NCBI RefSeq assembly: GCF_964204645.1
Contig: NC_134033.1
Span: 5,852,231-5,916,230 of the forward strand
From: Tubulanus polymorphus
Taxonomy: Eukaryota; Animalia; Nemertea
Direction of reading: 5' to 3'
Length of the DNA: 64,000 bases
This document shows, piece by piece, positions 1 to 12,226 of this stretch; position 1 is the first letter of the stretch; every line of letters begins with the position of its first letter. Below the pieces are notes generated by a model. It was not told where the DNA came from, made no database searches, and worked only from the letters and a program-made list of their open reading frames with translations. The position numbers were made by a program, and so were the translations under genes.

Positions 1-1623
1 GGAATAAGAAACCGGTCACTGGGGAAAATCAAATTTACCACGTTTGTATTCGGTAATTAGTTAACTACTTCATTTTCGGTGTTTCGAGCGAAAATTTTGG
101 AACTCTCCGATTCAATGAAAAGTATCTTGAACCAGTGTCAATCATTCAAGAAAAAAAGTAAACGCTGCGACTAAACAAATACCTGTTCCTTCGAAATTAT
201 TTATATAGAGACCGCATCCAGTAACGATAACAAGATTGTTTAGATCCAAGGAATCGCTGAAATCATAATATAGATGCACGACACGCATGAACAATACAGA
301 AGCAGAGAAAAATGCATAATGTCTATTTATTTTCGTTTGACATCGATAATTTAAAATATGTCTGCATCTCTGATTTCTGCACTGTGCAGCGATATTTTGT
401 ATTCTGTACAATAGGGCTCACAATAAGACACGTATTGCCTAGGTTATCCCATGCTCCCTCGACATGGATTCGAACCTGATGGCATCGCTACACTCCGTCA
501 CAGCACGAACCCCTGCCACATTCGACCAGGTGGGCGTGTTTACCGTACAAAAACTTGCGGCACCAATCAGCCGATTACTCGTTGTATATCTCTGACTGCA
601 AACGGAAGAACTATTAACGGGAATTCTCGGGCTAAAACGAAACGGGATATCACGTACCGTGGCGAGTCTCCGAGTCATCAGGTTCGAATCCTTTCCGCAG
701 GAGGACGAGGGACTCCATTTTTTCGCTTGGAACCATCGTCACATTGTTGGGTGACGATAGTCATAAATCATCGTTGCCATAATGAAAAATAAATCTGTCC
801 TGTGCCTTGTCCGACACTCGGGTACTATTTGTAACGAAAATGAAGAAATTCCGTGATTTTAGAAAATTCAAATGATAATCCACCGGCGAAAAAATGTTTG
901 TTTTGAAGATGTCGCCAAAATAGTAGTTCTCATTATTATCTCGTTATTTCTCGCATTTAACCCGGAATACATCGGAATATAGCACCGGCCGCGCCTGTTT
1001 AGTAGCTAATATACGTTACATGCTTCATTATGATCAAAATAAACGGATTGATTATGATGTTATGTGCAATTTAAATATAGGTTACAAATGTGCAGCAGTG
1101 TGGATGAGCAATTTTTGAACGTTTGCCGATAAAGTGTGTAAATGTGTGGTATAATTTGTGGCTCTGAACAGACGATGGGATTTACTATAATAGAGGTTTA
1201 ACTGCAGTTTGGGTCACCCTTCCACTACGTGGTGCTAGTAGTTCCAAAATTAATACTAATTACCAATTTTCAATTCAATTGAATAAAATTTTATTGAACA
1301 AACTCAAAATTTGCAATTCAATTCAATTCGTTTATATTGAACAAACCTCATATTTTCAATTCAATTTCACTTTATTGATCACACTTTCAAATCTAAATAT
1401 GACGTATAACACCCCCATAATCGAACAGCCAGTACAATTCATATTCGAAGGAGGAAAGAGCATCGTATCCTCAATTGATACGCTTTATTCACAAGTTAGA
1501 TCATGGATTAGGATAAGATTTAAGGGTTAGGGAACCAAACCGAAGGTTTGGAGACCCCACTAGTGCACGAGCAGCGGGTTATCCCTGTAAAGAAAGTTTG
1601 AATTAATTTTTGTGGTGAGGCGT

Positions 1624-2260
1624 CTACGGGACATTGATGCCTCGGGGTGTGTTCGTGTCGAGTCGTCGTTAACTATCCAGTCTTGTTCGGCTGCTTCGCG
1701 GATCGGTCTCGTCGAGCCTGGTAGGTGTGGGAGACCGTACACACGAAAGTGTTGGTGGGTATGGTCGACCTGGTTGAAGTGGTTCGAAAATGGAGTCGAA
1801 TTCTTCTTTCTGATGCGTGAGACGTGATGTGTGACGCGTTCTCGTAGAGACATTCCAGTTTGGCCGACGTACAGCATGTTGCACTTGGTGCATTCGATGC
1901 AGTATATAATTTCACGGGTCGCGCAATTAATTGTCCTGCGGATCGCGTGCATTTTGTTGTGGCTGCGGCAAACGGTTGTTTCTTGGATGAGGGGACACGT
2001 ACGACATCTCGGTGTTCCGCATTTCTTGGTGCCTCGACGTCGGGTTGACGGAGTTCTTTGAGTAGACCTAGAAATAGAAGAATTGGAAACAACGGAAGTA
2101 TTTCGGATAAGATGCGTTGAAGAGGGGACTCGGGGAGGGGGTGGCTCCGTGGGTTTGAGCTGCGACGAAGTTAGGAGATCTATGAGACTCTTGTGCTTGG
2201 TGTAGACGGTAACCGTGGTTACCTCGTCCGAGCGGCCAGTGGCCGTGTTGTGGAGAAGTT
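1624..2260 (-). pseudogene. Penelope-like GIY-YIG endonuclease and linker
   Basis: YTKHKSLIDLL, CGTPRCRTC, NCATREIIYCIECTKCNMLYVGQTG, HFNQVDH, E..WI, PRGIN (after a frameshift). Confidence 0.9.
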
Positions 2261-2303
2261 TAGTAGTTTAGATAAATGTACGGAAGCTGGAGCTCATGGC
2301 CAC

Positions 2304-2938
2304 TGTTGTTATTGCCAGATAAACCGCGTTGATGCGTACGTAATAAATAAACATAAATAGAAGTAATATAAATAAACAAGTCTCGAACTGACGTATGTGT
2401 CTACGTAGGTAAACCTAATATGGCGCGGCAATGAGCTCTGTTGAGTGCAAAAGGGTATTTATAGATAATTGTGACGTGTGCAGATACGTCATCACCCCTA
2501 CATGGATGGGAGGAATGTTGTGACGTATGAATGCGTCACAATCCATGAATTCCAAGCCATGTGTGGAAAAGGGCCTGCACACGTTACTAAAGATAATATA
2601 ATATAAAAGGGTTTAAGGAAGCTTTAGGGGGAGGCTGGGGAGAGAGCTCCGAGGAATGATCTTGTATACATCTGGAAAGAGGAAATAAAGGAAAGATATC
2701 TTTAGAAATTGTAAAGTTATATCCGGGAGCCATGTAAGAATGTCAAGACCAAGGACTGGGATCTGACCTAAGAGAGTGTCCCTCGCAACATCGTCGAGAG
2801 GAATTATTACCACAACGCTAGTTGGACAACCCAGCCCGGATTCACAGCACTGGTAGATATACGCGACCATAACATTGGTGGAGAATCCATCACCACAACA
2901 GCCGTAGCCAGTTCCGTAAACCTGGTTCGGATGTTACA
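2304..2938 (-). mobile_element. Probable LTR fragment inserted between RT and endonuclease
   Basis: Minus strand starts TGTAACA, has TATAAATA, ends ACAACA and is followed by a TGG PBS-like start; non-coding; no TSD found. Confidence 0.55.
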
Positions 2939-2940
2939 GG

Positions 2941-3457
2941 CTAGGGTTCGGTTGGCTTCGGTTGGCTCCCCTTTTTCGGGGGTTCGTTGGCCCGTTGCTG
3001 TTCTCGTTCGACGTGGTGCCGTAGAGCTTTGCTTTTGATGTGACGCAGTTCGCGGTCTTTGTAGCCACGACCTCTGAGAACTTTAAGGACGGTTCCGGAC
3101 GCTGCGTGTAGGTCCAAATCGTTATTGCAGATGCGCCGGAACCTGAGAATTTGACTTTTAACTATACCGGAAAATCTGTGCCGAGGGTGAAACGAAGATC
3201 GATGTAGTAATTGATGCGAATCGGTTGGTTTAAAGTAGACTTTGATGTCTGTTATACCACTTGTTTCGAATCGCGGGCCTTTGAAAGTGTTCACGTCCAG
3301 GAAGTTGACGCGGGTGTCGCTGATTTCGAACTTGAGTTTGATGGATCGGCTCACTGTTTCTAGGACGTCGATGAATTCCATCAACGTTTCGCGGCAGTGT
3401 TCCCAATCCATGTAGATATCATCGATGAACCGAGCGTATAGCGGTGGTTGGAGTGCG
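2941..3457 (-). pseudogene. Penelope-like RT, C-terminal half
   Basis: RFIDDI, VNFLDV, YFKPTDSHQLLHRSSFHP, SQILRFRRIC, RGY. Confidence 0.93.
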
Positions 3458-4008
3458 AGTAATTGGAAGATGTGGGTTTCATACCAGAGGACGAGAGGAC
3501 GAGACACCCCTCATCACCACAAGTAATTTTTTTTCCTAATAAATGGGAGACAGTGAGTTCCAACTAGAAAACAATAATGTCAATAAAAATCAATATTATT
3601 GTCAATATTGTAAAAAATACATCGATACATCTAATAAAACACGACATGAAAAAACTGCAATTCATATAAAAAATGTAATAGATTTTGAAACTCCAGAAAA
3701 TTCCAATGAAAGAAAAGAACGATTAGAAAATATGAATGTGGATGAAATAAAATGTGAAGTTTGTAACGAATTTATAGTAAAAAGGAATTATAATAGACAT
3801 CTCGAATCACAAAAACATTATAAAAATTTAAATAAAAATGTTTTAGGATTAGAATATTTTGATAATAAACCTCAACAAGTAAAAGAATCAACTTCAAAAA
3901 CAAAATCCATTTCAAATAAACCTTTCATGGAAAATGTTAGAAATTATATTGATTCACTAGAAATAAAAGATACAATTGAAATCTTAGAAACATTACATAG
4001 TAAAATTG
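3458..4008 (+). repeat. Left terminal inverted repeat of the Maverick (includes the polymerase 5' end)
   Basis: 3458-3626 and 3918-4008 match the reverse complement of 20076-20335. Confidence 0.9.
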
Positions 4009-7000
4009 GTCCTGCAGCTATTATATTTAGATTTTTTAAAGGTACAACAATAGAAGATTATAGTAAATTTAATGAAATAATAGAAAAAATACTAGATTTG
4101 ATAACAGATGTTGAATATCCAAAAATTAGTATCTCTAGGAAAGTAAGTTTTATAAAGTCAGAAGAAAAAATGAATTATAATATTCAAACACACTCTGAAG
4201 AAATAATTTCAAAAACACAAATAAAAGAGAAGTTAGAAAAAATATTGAATGAATTTAAACGTCATATTGAAGAAAGATATTTTGAGGCTTCTGGTTTAAC
4301 ATTGAATGAAATTATATATTTAGATTTAAATGTTTATAATACAAAAAGAAATAAAACATCAAAAAGTAATAAAATGTTTAAAAATAATTCAAACTTTATA
4401 ATAGAAAAAGATATGAAAGCATCAAGTTATATTAAATTACCATTTTTATCAAAAGCAATTATAAATGTTCAAAATGAAGACAACAAATGTTTTCTGTGGG
4501 CGATTATAAGTTGCTTACACCCAACAGAAGATATGACACATAGTTTTAGAATAACAAATTACCGGAAATATGAAACATTATATAAAATTGATCAATATCC
4601 AGTAACTATAAAAATGATTCCTAAAATAGAAAAAGTAAATAATTTAAAAATAAATGTATTTGAATTAATACAATTACCAAAGACAAAAGGTGAAAATATT
4701 AAAGATTATACATTGGAAGCTTTATATTTAACAGAATATTATGATGATGAAAATGCTATAGATTTGTTATATTACAAAAAAGATGAAAATGAACATTATA
4801 TGTGGTTAAAACAAATTGATTTATTCTTTAGAACAGAAAGTGATCATCATCGTAAAATTTATCTATGTAGAAAATGTTTATCTAAATTTATGACTGAGAA
4901 TACATTATTAAAACATAAAGAATTATGTGATAATAAAGATTTTTGTAAATTAATAATGCCAACAGAAAAAGATTATAAATTGAAATTTACTAATCATAAA
5001 TTTAAGAATATTGTTCCATTTGTAATTTATGGGGATTTTGAATCGTTGAATAAAGAATTAACTGATCAAGATAGAAAAGAAATATATAACAAAAAGCAAT
5101 TATTAAAATCAATGGATAAAGGAAGTGAATTAAATGAAGATATAATTCAAGACCCACCAATTATAAATACAATTAAAAAAGTTCATCAAAGAGCTGCTGC
5201 TTATGGAATTTATATAAAATCAAATTATCCCGAATTATATGAAAGTCAATATATTTCTTTTAGAGGTGAAAATGTAGTTAATGATTTTTGTGATAAAATT
5301 ATTGAATTAGAAAGTGATTTTGCAAAATTATTAAACAAAAATAAAAGAATAGTTATGACAAAAGAAGATGAAATTGATTTTAATTATGCAACTCATTGTT
5401 GTTATTGTGAAAAACGTTTTTATTCATTTGATAAAAGAGTTAGAGATCATGATCATTTAAATTCAAAATATCGTGGAGCTGCTCATGAAGATTGCAATTT
5501 ACAAGCTAAAAAAGTAAATTTCGTACCAATATTATTTCATAATTTATCAGGATATGATACCCATCTATTTATAAAACAATTATCGGGAAAATTGGGTGCA
5601 ATTAATCAAGAAATAGAAGAATATAATGCTATAAATGAAGCAAATGTAAGAAAATATGATTTTAAACTATTAGCTAAAACATCTGAAAATTATATTTCAT
5701 TTCAATTTGGTTGCATTAGATTTTTAGATTCTTATAGATTTCTAGCAAGTTCATTAGATAATTTATCAAAAAGTTTAGTTGATAATGATTTTATTATAAC
5801 TCGATATTATTATCCAAATGACCAAGATTTTAAATTATTGAGATATAAAGGCGCAATTCCTTATCCATTTTATAAAACACATGATGATTTTAATGTAACC
5901 GAATTATTAAAAGATCAATTTTATGATAAATTAAAAGAGGAGTATGTGAAAGACGAAGTTTTTGATAGAACATTAAATATTTGGAACCATTTTAAGATGA
6001 AAAATCATGGTGAATTAGTTGATTTATATTTAAAATCAGATGTTATGATATTGGCTGACATATTTGAAAAGTTTAGAGAAGTTAATCTAAACCATTTTAA
6101 TGTTGATCCTTGTTATTGCTACTCTAGTCCTGGTTTAACCTGGCAATGTGGTTTAAAATATACAAATGTAGAATAAGATTTATTAAAAGAACCAGATATG
6201 GTTTTATTATTTGAAAAATCAATTAGAGGTGGAATTAGTGGTGTTATGGGAGATAGATATTTTAAAGCAAATGATGAATATAAATTATTATATATTGACG
6301 CCAATAATTTATATGGTTGGGCAATGATGCAACCTCAACCATATAAAAATTTTATATTAACAGAAGTTGAAAATGATGATAAAACTGATTGGGAAAGCGC
6401 AATTATTAGTTTAAAAGATGAAGCACCAATTGGTTATTTCTTTGTAGTTGATTTAGAATATCCTGAAAATATAAAGTTTAAAACAAGAAACTTACCTTAT
6501 TGCCCAGAACATTTAACTGTAGATGATAGTTATTTAAGTGAATACCAGAAGAAAATAAAACCGAAAGATCATGTTTTTACAGAAAAATTAATACTTACTC
6601 AAAATAATAAATACAATTATATTGTTCATTATAGAATGTTAAAATTTTATCTAAAACAAGGAATGAAATTAAAGAAAGTACATAGATATATTGAATTTAA
6701 TCAATCGAAGTGGTTAGAAAAATATATAGATTTCAATACTCAACAGAGAACAATATCAAAAAATGATTTTGAGAAGGATTTTTTTAAGTTAATGAACAAT
6801 GCATTTTATGGAAAAACATGCGAAAATATTAGAAATAGAAATGATATTGAATTAGTGAATAATTATGAAAGATTAAGGCATTTACAATCAAGTCCTAGAC
6901 ATCTAGGAAATAAAAGATTTGAAGATTATTTAACAGCAGTAAAATTAAAAAGAACATCTATGAAATTTAATAAACCAATATTTATAGGTTCAACTGTTTT

Positions 7001-8605
7001 AGAAGTTTCAAAATTATTAATGTATGATTTTTATTATAATGTTTTGCAACCACTTTTTGGGGAAAAGCATATTGAAATATTATATTTTGATTCTGTAACA
7101 GCTGACACCCCAATATTATTAAAATGTAATAATAAAATATTGGTAAGAAGAATTTCAGAAATAATTCCAAAACAAAATGAATTTCATATGGTGAAAAAGA
7201 ATTAATACAAATAAATGGATTAATGGATGTTTGGACAAGAAATGGATGGAAAAAATTAAATAATATTATTAGACATAAAACAAATAAGAAAATCTATAGA
7301 GTTAGAACTAAATTAGGATTTGTAGATGTTACAGAAGATCATAGTTTAATTAAACAAAATGGTGATGAAATAAAACCAACTGATATAAAAATTGGAGATG
7401 AATTATTACATAAAAGATTTTACCCAAGAATGAATCATATGTCATTTGATGAAATAATTGATAATATTTATAATATAGAACCCGAAACATTGGAAGAAAA
7501 AGAATATTTTATCAAAGGATTTTTCATGGGTGATGGTTCAGCAGGTGTGTATAAATATGTTTGGGGCAATAAATATTGTTGGTACTTATGCAATCAAGAC
7601 TTAAAATTATTAGAAAGAATTAAGAAATTCTGTGAAGAAGTTTATCCAAATAAAATATTTAGAATCATGGATCATATGAAATCATCCGCTGTTTATAGAA
7701 TATTTGTAAATAATCCTAAAGATTTTGCTACAAAATATAATGATGAATTCTATATTCATGCAATAGTGAAAAGTAATACTTCAACAAAAGAAAAGATAGT
7801 TCCAGATTATGTATTAAATGCAAAAAATAATTTAAGAAAATGGTTCTTCATTGGATTCTATGCAGCAGATGGTTCAAAAAGTTTCCAAAACCGCAAAACA
7901 ATATCCTTTGCTCAAAAAGGAAAAGTTGCTATATCAGGATTGAATATATTATGTAATTCATTAGGTTTCAATATGAATATTGGGTTGATTAAATCTAAAC
8001 CAAATTGTTTTAATTTAAGGCATGTAGAAAAAGAATTAACAGAAGAAGTTAAAGATTTATTTGAAATATATAACCCAACTGACTATGTTTATGATTTATC
8101 AACAGATGATGGAACATTCAATTCTGGGTTCCCATTAATCCAAAAAAATACTGACAGTTACATACCAAAAATAAAGACAAATGATATAACAAAAGACTTA
8201 AAAACATTAAAACATTATTTTGATTTTAGCAATTACCCCAAAGATCATGAATTGTTTAGTAATGATAATAAAAAGATTCCTGGTAAGTTTAAAGATGAAT
8301 TAGGAGGTGATGAAATGATTGAATTTGTTGGTATAAGAAGTAAAATGTATAGTTATAGAACAAAAGATCATGAAGCTAAAAAGTTAAAAGGAATAACAAA
8401 ACATGTGGTTGATAAACATATAGAATTTCAAGATTATATAAAGTGTTTATATAAATCAATTGTAATGAAACACAAAATGAATTGTTTAAGATCAGAAGAT
8501 CATGAGATGTACATTAATGAAGTTGAAAAAACTAGTTTAAATCCAATTGATGATAAAAGGCATATTTTAGATGATGGTATAAAAACATTACCTTATGGCT
8601 ATTAA
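3543..8605 (+). pseudogene. polB: Protein-primed family B DNA polymerase with N-terminal Zn fingers, OTU-like segment, EndoVII-like insert and intein; one nonsense codon and one frameshift
   Basis: ExoI YGDFES, ExoII FHNLSGYD, ExoIII YLKSDV, motif A YIDANNLYG, motif B KLMNNAFYGK, motif C YFD/TDS split by the intein, KLKG. In-frame TAA at 6174-6176 and a 1-nt loss near 7182-7184 split it into three ORFs. Confidence 0.96.
7092..8149 (+). other. Intein with LAGLIDADG homing endonuclease (~353 aa after frameshift repair) in PolB motif C
   Basis: LYFD|SVTADTPILL (block A), VDVTEDHSL (block B TxxH), FIKGFFMGDG and FFIGFYAADG (LAGLIDADG), YVYDLST (block F), LIQKN|TDSY (terminal Asn, +1 Thr). Removal restores YFDTDS. 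Confidence 0.95.
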
Positions 8606-9903
8606 AACATAAAATCAATATCATCATACTCGAAATCATTATTAGCTTCTTCATTTTCATTTAATTGTTCAGGTTCTTCTTCCATTCCATTTTTCTCATT
8701 TAAATAAAGTTCTATCTTGTTCCACATTTCATTTCGCTCTCTTTGTTTCTTTTTGTTTGTTAATTCATCAAATGGAATTATAATATCTAGGTTTAAATAA
8801 TTTACAATCTTATTTAAAAAGAATTCATAATTTATTGAATCTGTTATTCTATTTTCCAAATGATACATTAATATTTGTTTAAATATTTTTTTTATATTTT
8901 CCATATCTTCTTCTGTTAATTTAGGTTTTTCATAATAATCGTTAAATAATAAATATAAATACATTTTCTTTTCTTTTGTGTTAAATGTTGGTGGAATAAT
9001 TGTTTTTATAATATCTTTTTTAGTTATTTCACCATTTTTATTTTCTATTATTTTCATTTTTTCAAGCCATTGTATATATTCTGGTGTATGATCTTCTATA
9101 GAAAATATTTTAAAAATTTCATCAAGATAATTTAATTTTGGATCTATGAGAAAATCTCTAGTTTTTTCTTCACCCCATAAATTCTTTTGCCATCCACAAT
9201 CAACACAAAATAACACAGTACCTTCTTGTCTTAAGGTCGCATAAATACATTGTGGGCATTTTTGTTTATAATTTATTAGTAATAGATCTTCATTAAGCTC
9301 TTGGTATTTTCTTATGTTTTCTTTATGTTTTATTGTTCTATTATGTAGATTTAAATTACTTGTTGTAATAATCAATTTACAATATTTACAATAATATGTT
9401 TTTCTTGTTAATTCATTATATTGTTTTTCTAACTTTTCAATTGTTTCTTCATTATCTGGTAACGTTTTCTCATATTTTATTTTTTCTAATAAATTATTTT
9501 TTCTTTCATTGAATTCAGTTTCAAATTTATTAGAAATTTTATCTATATGTGCTTTACAAAATTGATGATTCTCCCAATCTTCTATATTGTCAGGGCTATA
9601 TTTTACTTGACAAGGCTCACAGAAATTATTCTTTACATTATTCTTGTTATAAAATAAAAAAGGTTTTTTCCAAATAACTTCAGGTTCAACTTCAGCAGAA
9701 TTACTATCAACATTAGCCATTGCGCCATTAATTCTACACTTCTCTGAATGTTTTTTAACATAATTTCTTGAGAATAATTGATTACATTTTGGGCAGTTTA
9801 TTTTAGGGGGTTTATAATTTTCATCATGTTTTTTCATATGTCGAGCCTTATTACTTTTTCTTAGAAGTTCACCACAAATTTCACATGCTATCTTCTCTTC
9901 CAT
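8602..9903 (-). CDS. Multi-zinc-finger protein of the Maverick
   Basis: 433 aa with five CxxC groups plus His ligands (CEIC..H, CPKC..H..C, CEPC..H..H, CKYC..H..H, CPQC..CVDC); acidic C-terminus. Confidence 0.85.
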   Translation of the reverse strand: MEEKIACEICGELLRKSNKARHMKKHDENYKPPKINCPKCNQLFSRNYVKKHSEKCRINGAMANVDSNSAEVEPEVIWKKPFLFYNKNNVKNNFCEPCQVKYSPDNIEDWENHQFCKAHIDKISNKFETEFNERKNNLLEKIKYEKTLPDNEETIEKLEKQYNELTRKTYYCKYCKLIITTSNLNLHNRTIKHKENIRKYQELNEDLLLINYKQKCPQCIYATLRQEGTVLFCVDCGWQKNLWGEEKTRDFLIDPKLNYLDEIFKIFSIEDHTPEYIQWLEKMKIIENKNGEITKKDIIKTIIPPTFNTKEKKMYLYLLFNDYYEKPKLTEEDMENIKKIFKQILMYHLENRITDSINYEFFLNKIVNYLNLDIIIPFDELTNKKKQRERNEMWNKIELYLNEKNGMEEEPEQLNENEEANNDFEYDDIDFMF

Positions 9904-9971
9904 TTATTTAAGAAAAATTTTATTAAAATTAATTTTTAGTGATGAGCGGTAATTTTTTTATGTTATAAATA

Positions 9972-10730
9972 ATGGTAGAATTAAAAGAATACAGAATATT
10001 TATAGATTCTAGAAGGCTTACAAATTATAAATCACATAATTTACTAGTACAATTAGACAGAGAATTCAAAAATTGTGTAGATTTAAAATTAGTAAATATA
10101 AGTTTATGTAATTCTTTTTACAATATATCGAATAAAACTATTGAACATAATACTTTTTTAATTCATATTAGAAGTATAAATAAATGGTTTAATCTATTTC
10201 TAAGACCAGGATTATATAATTTAGAAACATTATCTCAAGAAATTAATCGTAGAGCACGATTAAAACTTAAAAGTGAAGATAAATTTTTAATAAGATTTAT
10301 AAAAAGTGATAGTTCTGGTAAAATTAAAATAAAGTTAGATGATGAAAACAAACATGCATTTATGGTAAAAAAACCTATAGCTAAATTGCTAGGAATTGCA
10401 CCAGATATTGTTACAGGAAACGTAGAAGGTATTTCAAATATAATACCTTTTACACACTTTTATATTTATTGCAATTTAATCGATCCTACAAAAACATTCG
10501 AAGCAACTAAAGATATAACTTGTAATTCTGGTTTACTAAACATTTTACCATTGAAGAATGTTAAAGAATTTGGAACGCAAATAAATTATAATTTAACAGA
10601 ATGTGATTTCAAACCATGCATTCCTCGTTTTAATAATTTTAGATTAGAAATTAGAAATCATAATGGATACTTAATTGATTTAAATAATTTCCCTGTAATT
10701 TATGAATTAGTTATAAGATGTAGAGAGTAA
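9972..10730 (+). CDS. Minor capsid (penton) protein
   Basis: IFIDS, NSFYNI, PGLYN, YIYCNLI, LNILPL and IRNHNGYLIDLNNFP resemble Polinton penton motifs. Confidence 0.8.
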   Translation: MVELKEYRIFIDSRRLTNYKSHNLLVQLDREFKNCVDLKLVNISLCNSFYNISNKTIEHNTFLIHIRSINKWFNLFLRPGLYNLETLSQEINRRARLKLKSEDKFLIRFIKSDSSGKIKIKLDDENKHAFMVKKPIAKLLGIAPDIVTGNVEGISNIIPFTHFYIYCNLIDPTKTFEATKDITCNSGLLNILPLKNVKEFGTQINYNLTECDFKPCIPRFNNFRLEIRNHNGYLIDLNNFPVIYELVIRCRE

Positions 10731-10745
10731 TTTTTCACTATATAA

Positions 10746-11087
10746 ATGAATATAACTGTTGGACCGAGTATATGTTTTGGGTTTGATTTTAAACATGGTA
10801 AAGAAATGAGAATTAAACTAAATGATGTAATTACTGATATAAAAAGTAAATCATTTAACAATGCATCAATGATTGATAAAGAAAAGTATAATATAGAAAA
10901 AGTAATTGATTTAATTAAATCACCTTTAGAATATTATGAATTAAATGAAGATGGAATTATTGATGATATTAAAAACATATTATCCAAAATATATGATAAT
11001 CATAAAACTAGTAATGAAATAAATGTTGAAATAATCATAAATAAGATAACTAAATATTTTGATGATAGTAATTTTTTTGATAAATAA
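10746..11087 (+). CDS. Hypothetical Maverick protein
   Basis: 113 aa, TAAATG start, within the tightly packed gene array. Confidence 0.7.
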   Translation: MNITVGPSICFGFDFKHGKEMRIKLNDVITDIKSKSFNNASMIDKEKYNIEKVIDLIKSPLEYYELNEDGIIDDIKNILSKIYDNHKTSNEINVEIIINKITKYFDDSNFFDK

Positions 11088-11309
11088 ATGAGTGATAATA
11101 AGTGGATAATAACTGGATTATATAATGGCGCATTACTATCAGTTGGAACTGTTGGTTATTCAATGGTATTAAAAAAAGTTTTCAAAATGGGAAGTGTTAA
11201 TGTTGATAGATTTGATATAAATGATATTTTGAAATTAACGTTAGCAGTTACTTTATCTAATTTAACTATTGATTATTTGGAAAAACAAAAATATATTCCT
11301 CCCATATAA
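11088..11309 (+). CDS. Small hydrophobic Maverick protein
   Basis: 73 aa with two hydrophobic segments, TAAATG start. Confidence 0.75.
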   Translation: MSDNKWIITGLYNGALLSVGTVGYSMVLKKVFKMGSVNVDRFDINDILKLTLAVTLSNLTIDYLEKQKYIPPI

Positions 11310-11333
11310 ATGTATAATTTTTTTGTTAAATAA

Positions 11334-11756
11334 ATGGCTTCTGCAATTATAACTATTATAGGATCGGCAATTGTTAACGCTTTAGCATTTACTGGTGGTG
11401 GTTATTTATTTAAACATATTGATAAAAATAGTTCATTAGGAGAACAAAGAAGACATAACTTAGCATTAGAGAAATATAATAAAGCAGCAGAAGAATATAG
11501 AGAAAAGAGGCAAAACTATATGGATTATATTAACAAAGAATTATATGATCAGAAGATTTCACATAGAGATTTTCAATCAGTTGATGATGCAATGAGTTTA
11601 TATAACGCGGTAACCAATAAAGAAAAATTACATCTATACAAACCTAAATTATCAGATTATTATACCCCAAGTAAAGAACAACAGAAATATGAAATAATAT
11701 GGATTTTAGGTGGAACAGTTATAGTTATATTTGTTGCTTATAAGTTTACTAATTAG
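11334..11756 (+). CDS. Maverick membrane protein
   Basis: 140 aa; hydrophobic N-terminus, central helical region, C-terminal TM (IIWILGGTVIVIFVAY). Confidence 0.8.
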   Translation: MASAIITIIGSAIVNALAFTGGGYLFKHIDKNSSLGEQRRHNLALEKYNKAAEEYREKRQNYMDYINKELYDQKISHRDFQSVDDAMSLYNAVTNKEKLHLYKPKLSDYYTPSKEQQKYEIIWILGGTVIVIFVAYKFTN

Positions 11757-11775
11757 TAATTTTTTTGCTAAATAA

Positions 11776-12210
11776 ATGGAAGATAAAGTTGATAGTATTG
11801 ATATTATTCCTCATGATATAAATAAAACTAAATTAAAAATATATTTAGAAAAACAAATATTAGAATTTGAAAGTGACTTAAAGATAAAAAAGAAAAAATA
11901 TTTAAAAATTAAAATTATATATTATTTAATTATAAGTGGTTCGGTTACAATTAGTTCTGTAATAACATTTCTAGCAATATTCAGTCCATTAACACCTTTA
12001 GCTATATCAATTGGTGTGTTAGGATTAAGTTCAAGTGTTTTAACTGGTATAAGTTCAAAATTAAATATAAAAAGTAATAAAGAAAAAATAAAATCTAATA
12101 TAAAAGAAATTAATAAATTAAAGAATACACTAGATTATATAATCAGTTTAAATGGTCATATAACAGTTGAAGAACAAGATAAATTATTAAAAGAATTAAT
12201 AAATTATTAA
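11776..12210 (+). CDS. Two-TM Maverick protein
   Basis: 144 aa; two adjacent TM-like stretches flanked by Lys-rich helices. Confidence 0.78.
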   Translation: MEDKVDSIDIIPHDINKTKLKIYLEKQILEFESDLKIKKKKYLKIKIIYYLIISGSVTISSVITFLAIFSPLTPLAISIGVLGLSSSVLTGISSKLNIKSNKEKIKSNIKEINKLKNTLDYIISLNGHITVEEQDKLLKELINY

Positions 12211-12226
12211 TTTTTTAGTTATATAA

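Noticed and set aside
466-691. GGTTCGAATCC B-box-like motifs as a tRNA gene, and CTGATGA as a hammerhead core
   Set aside because: No cloverleaf and no correctly placed GAAA or stems; probably SINE debris.
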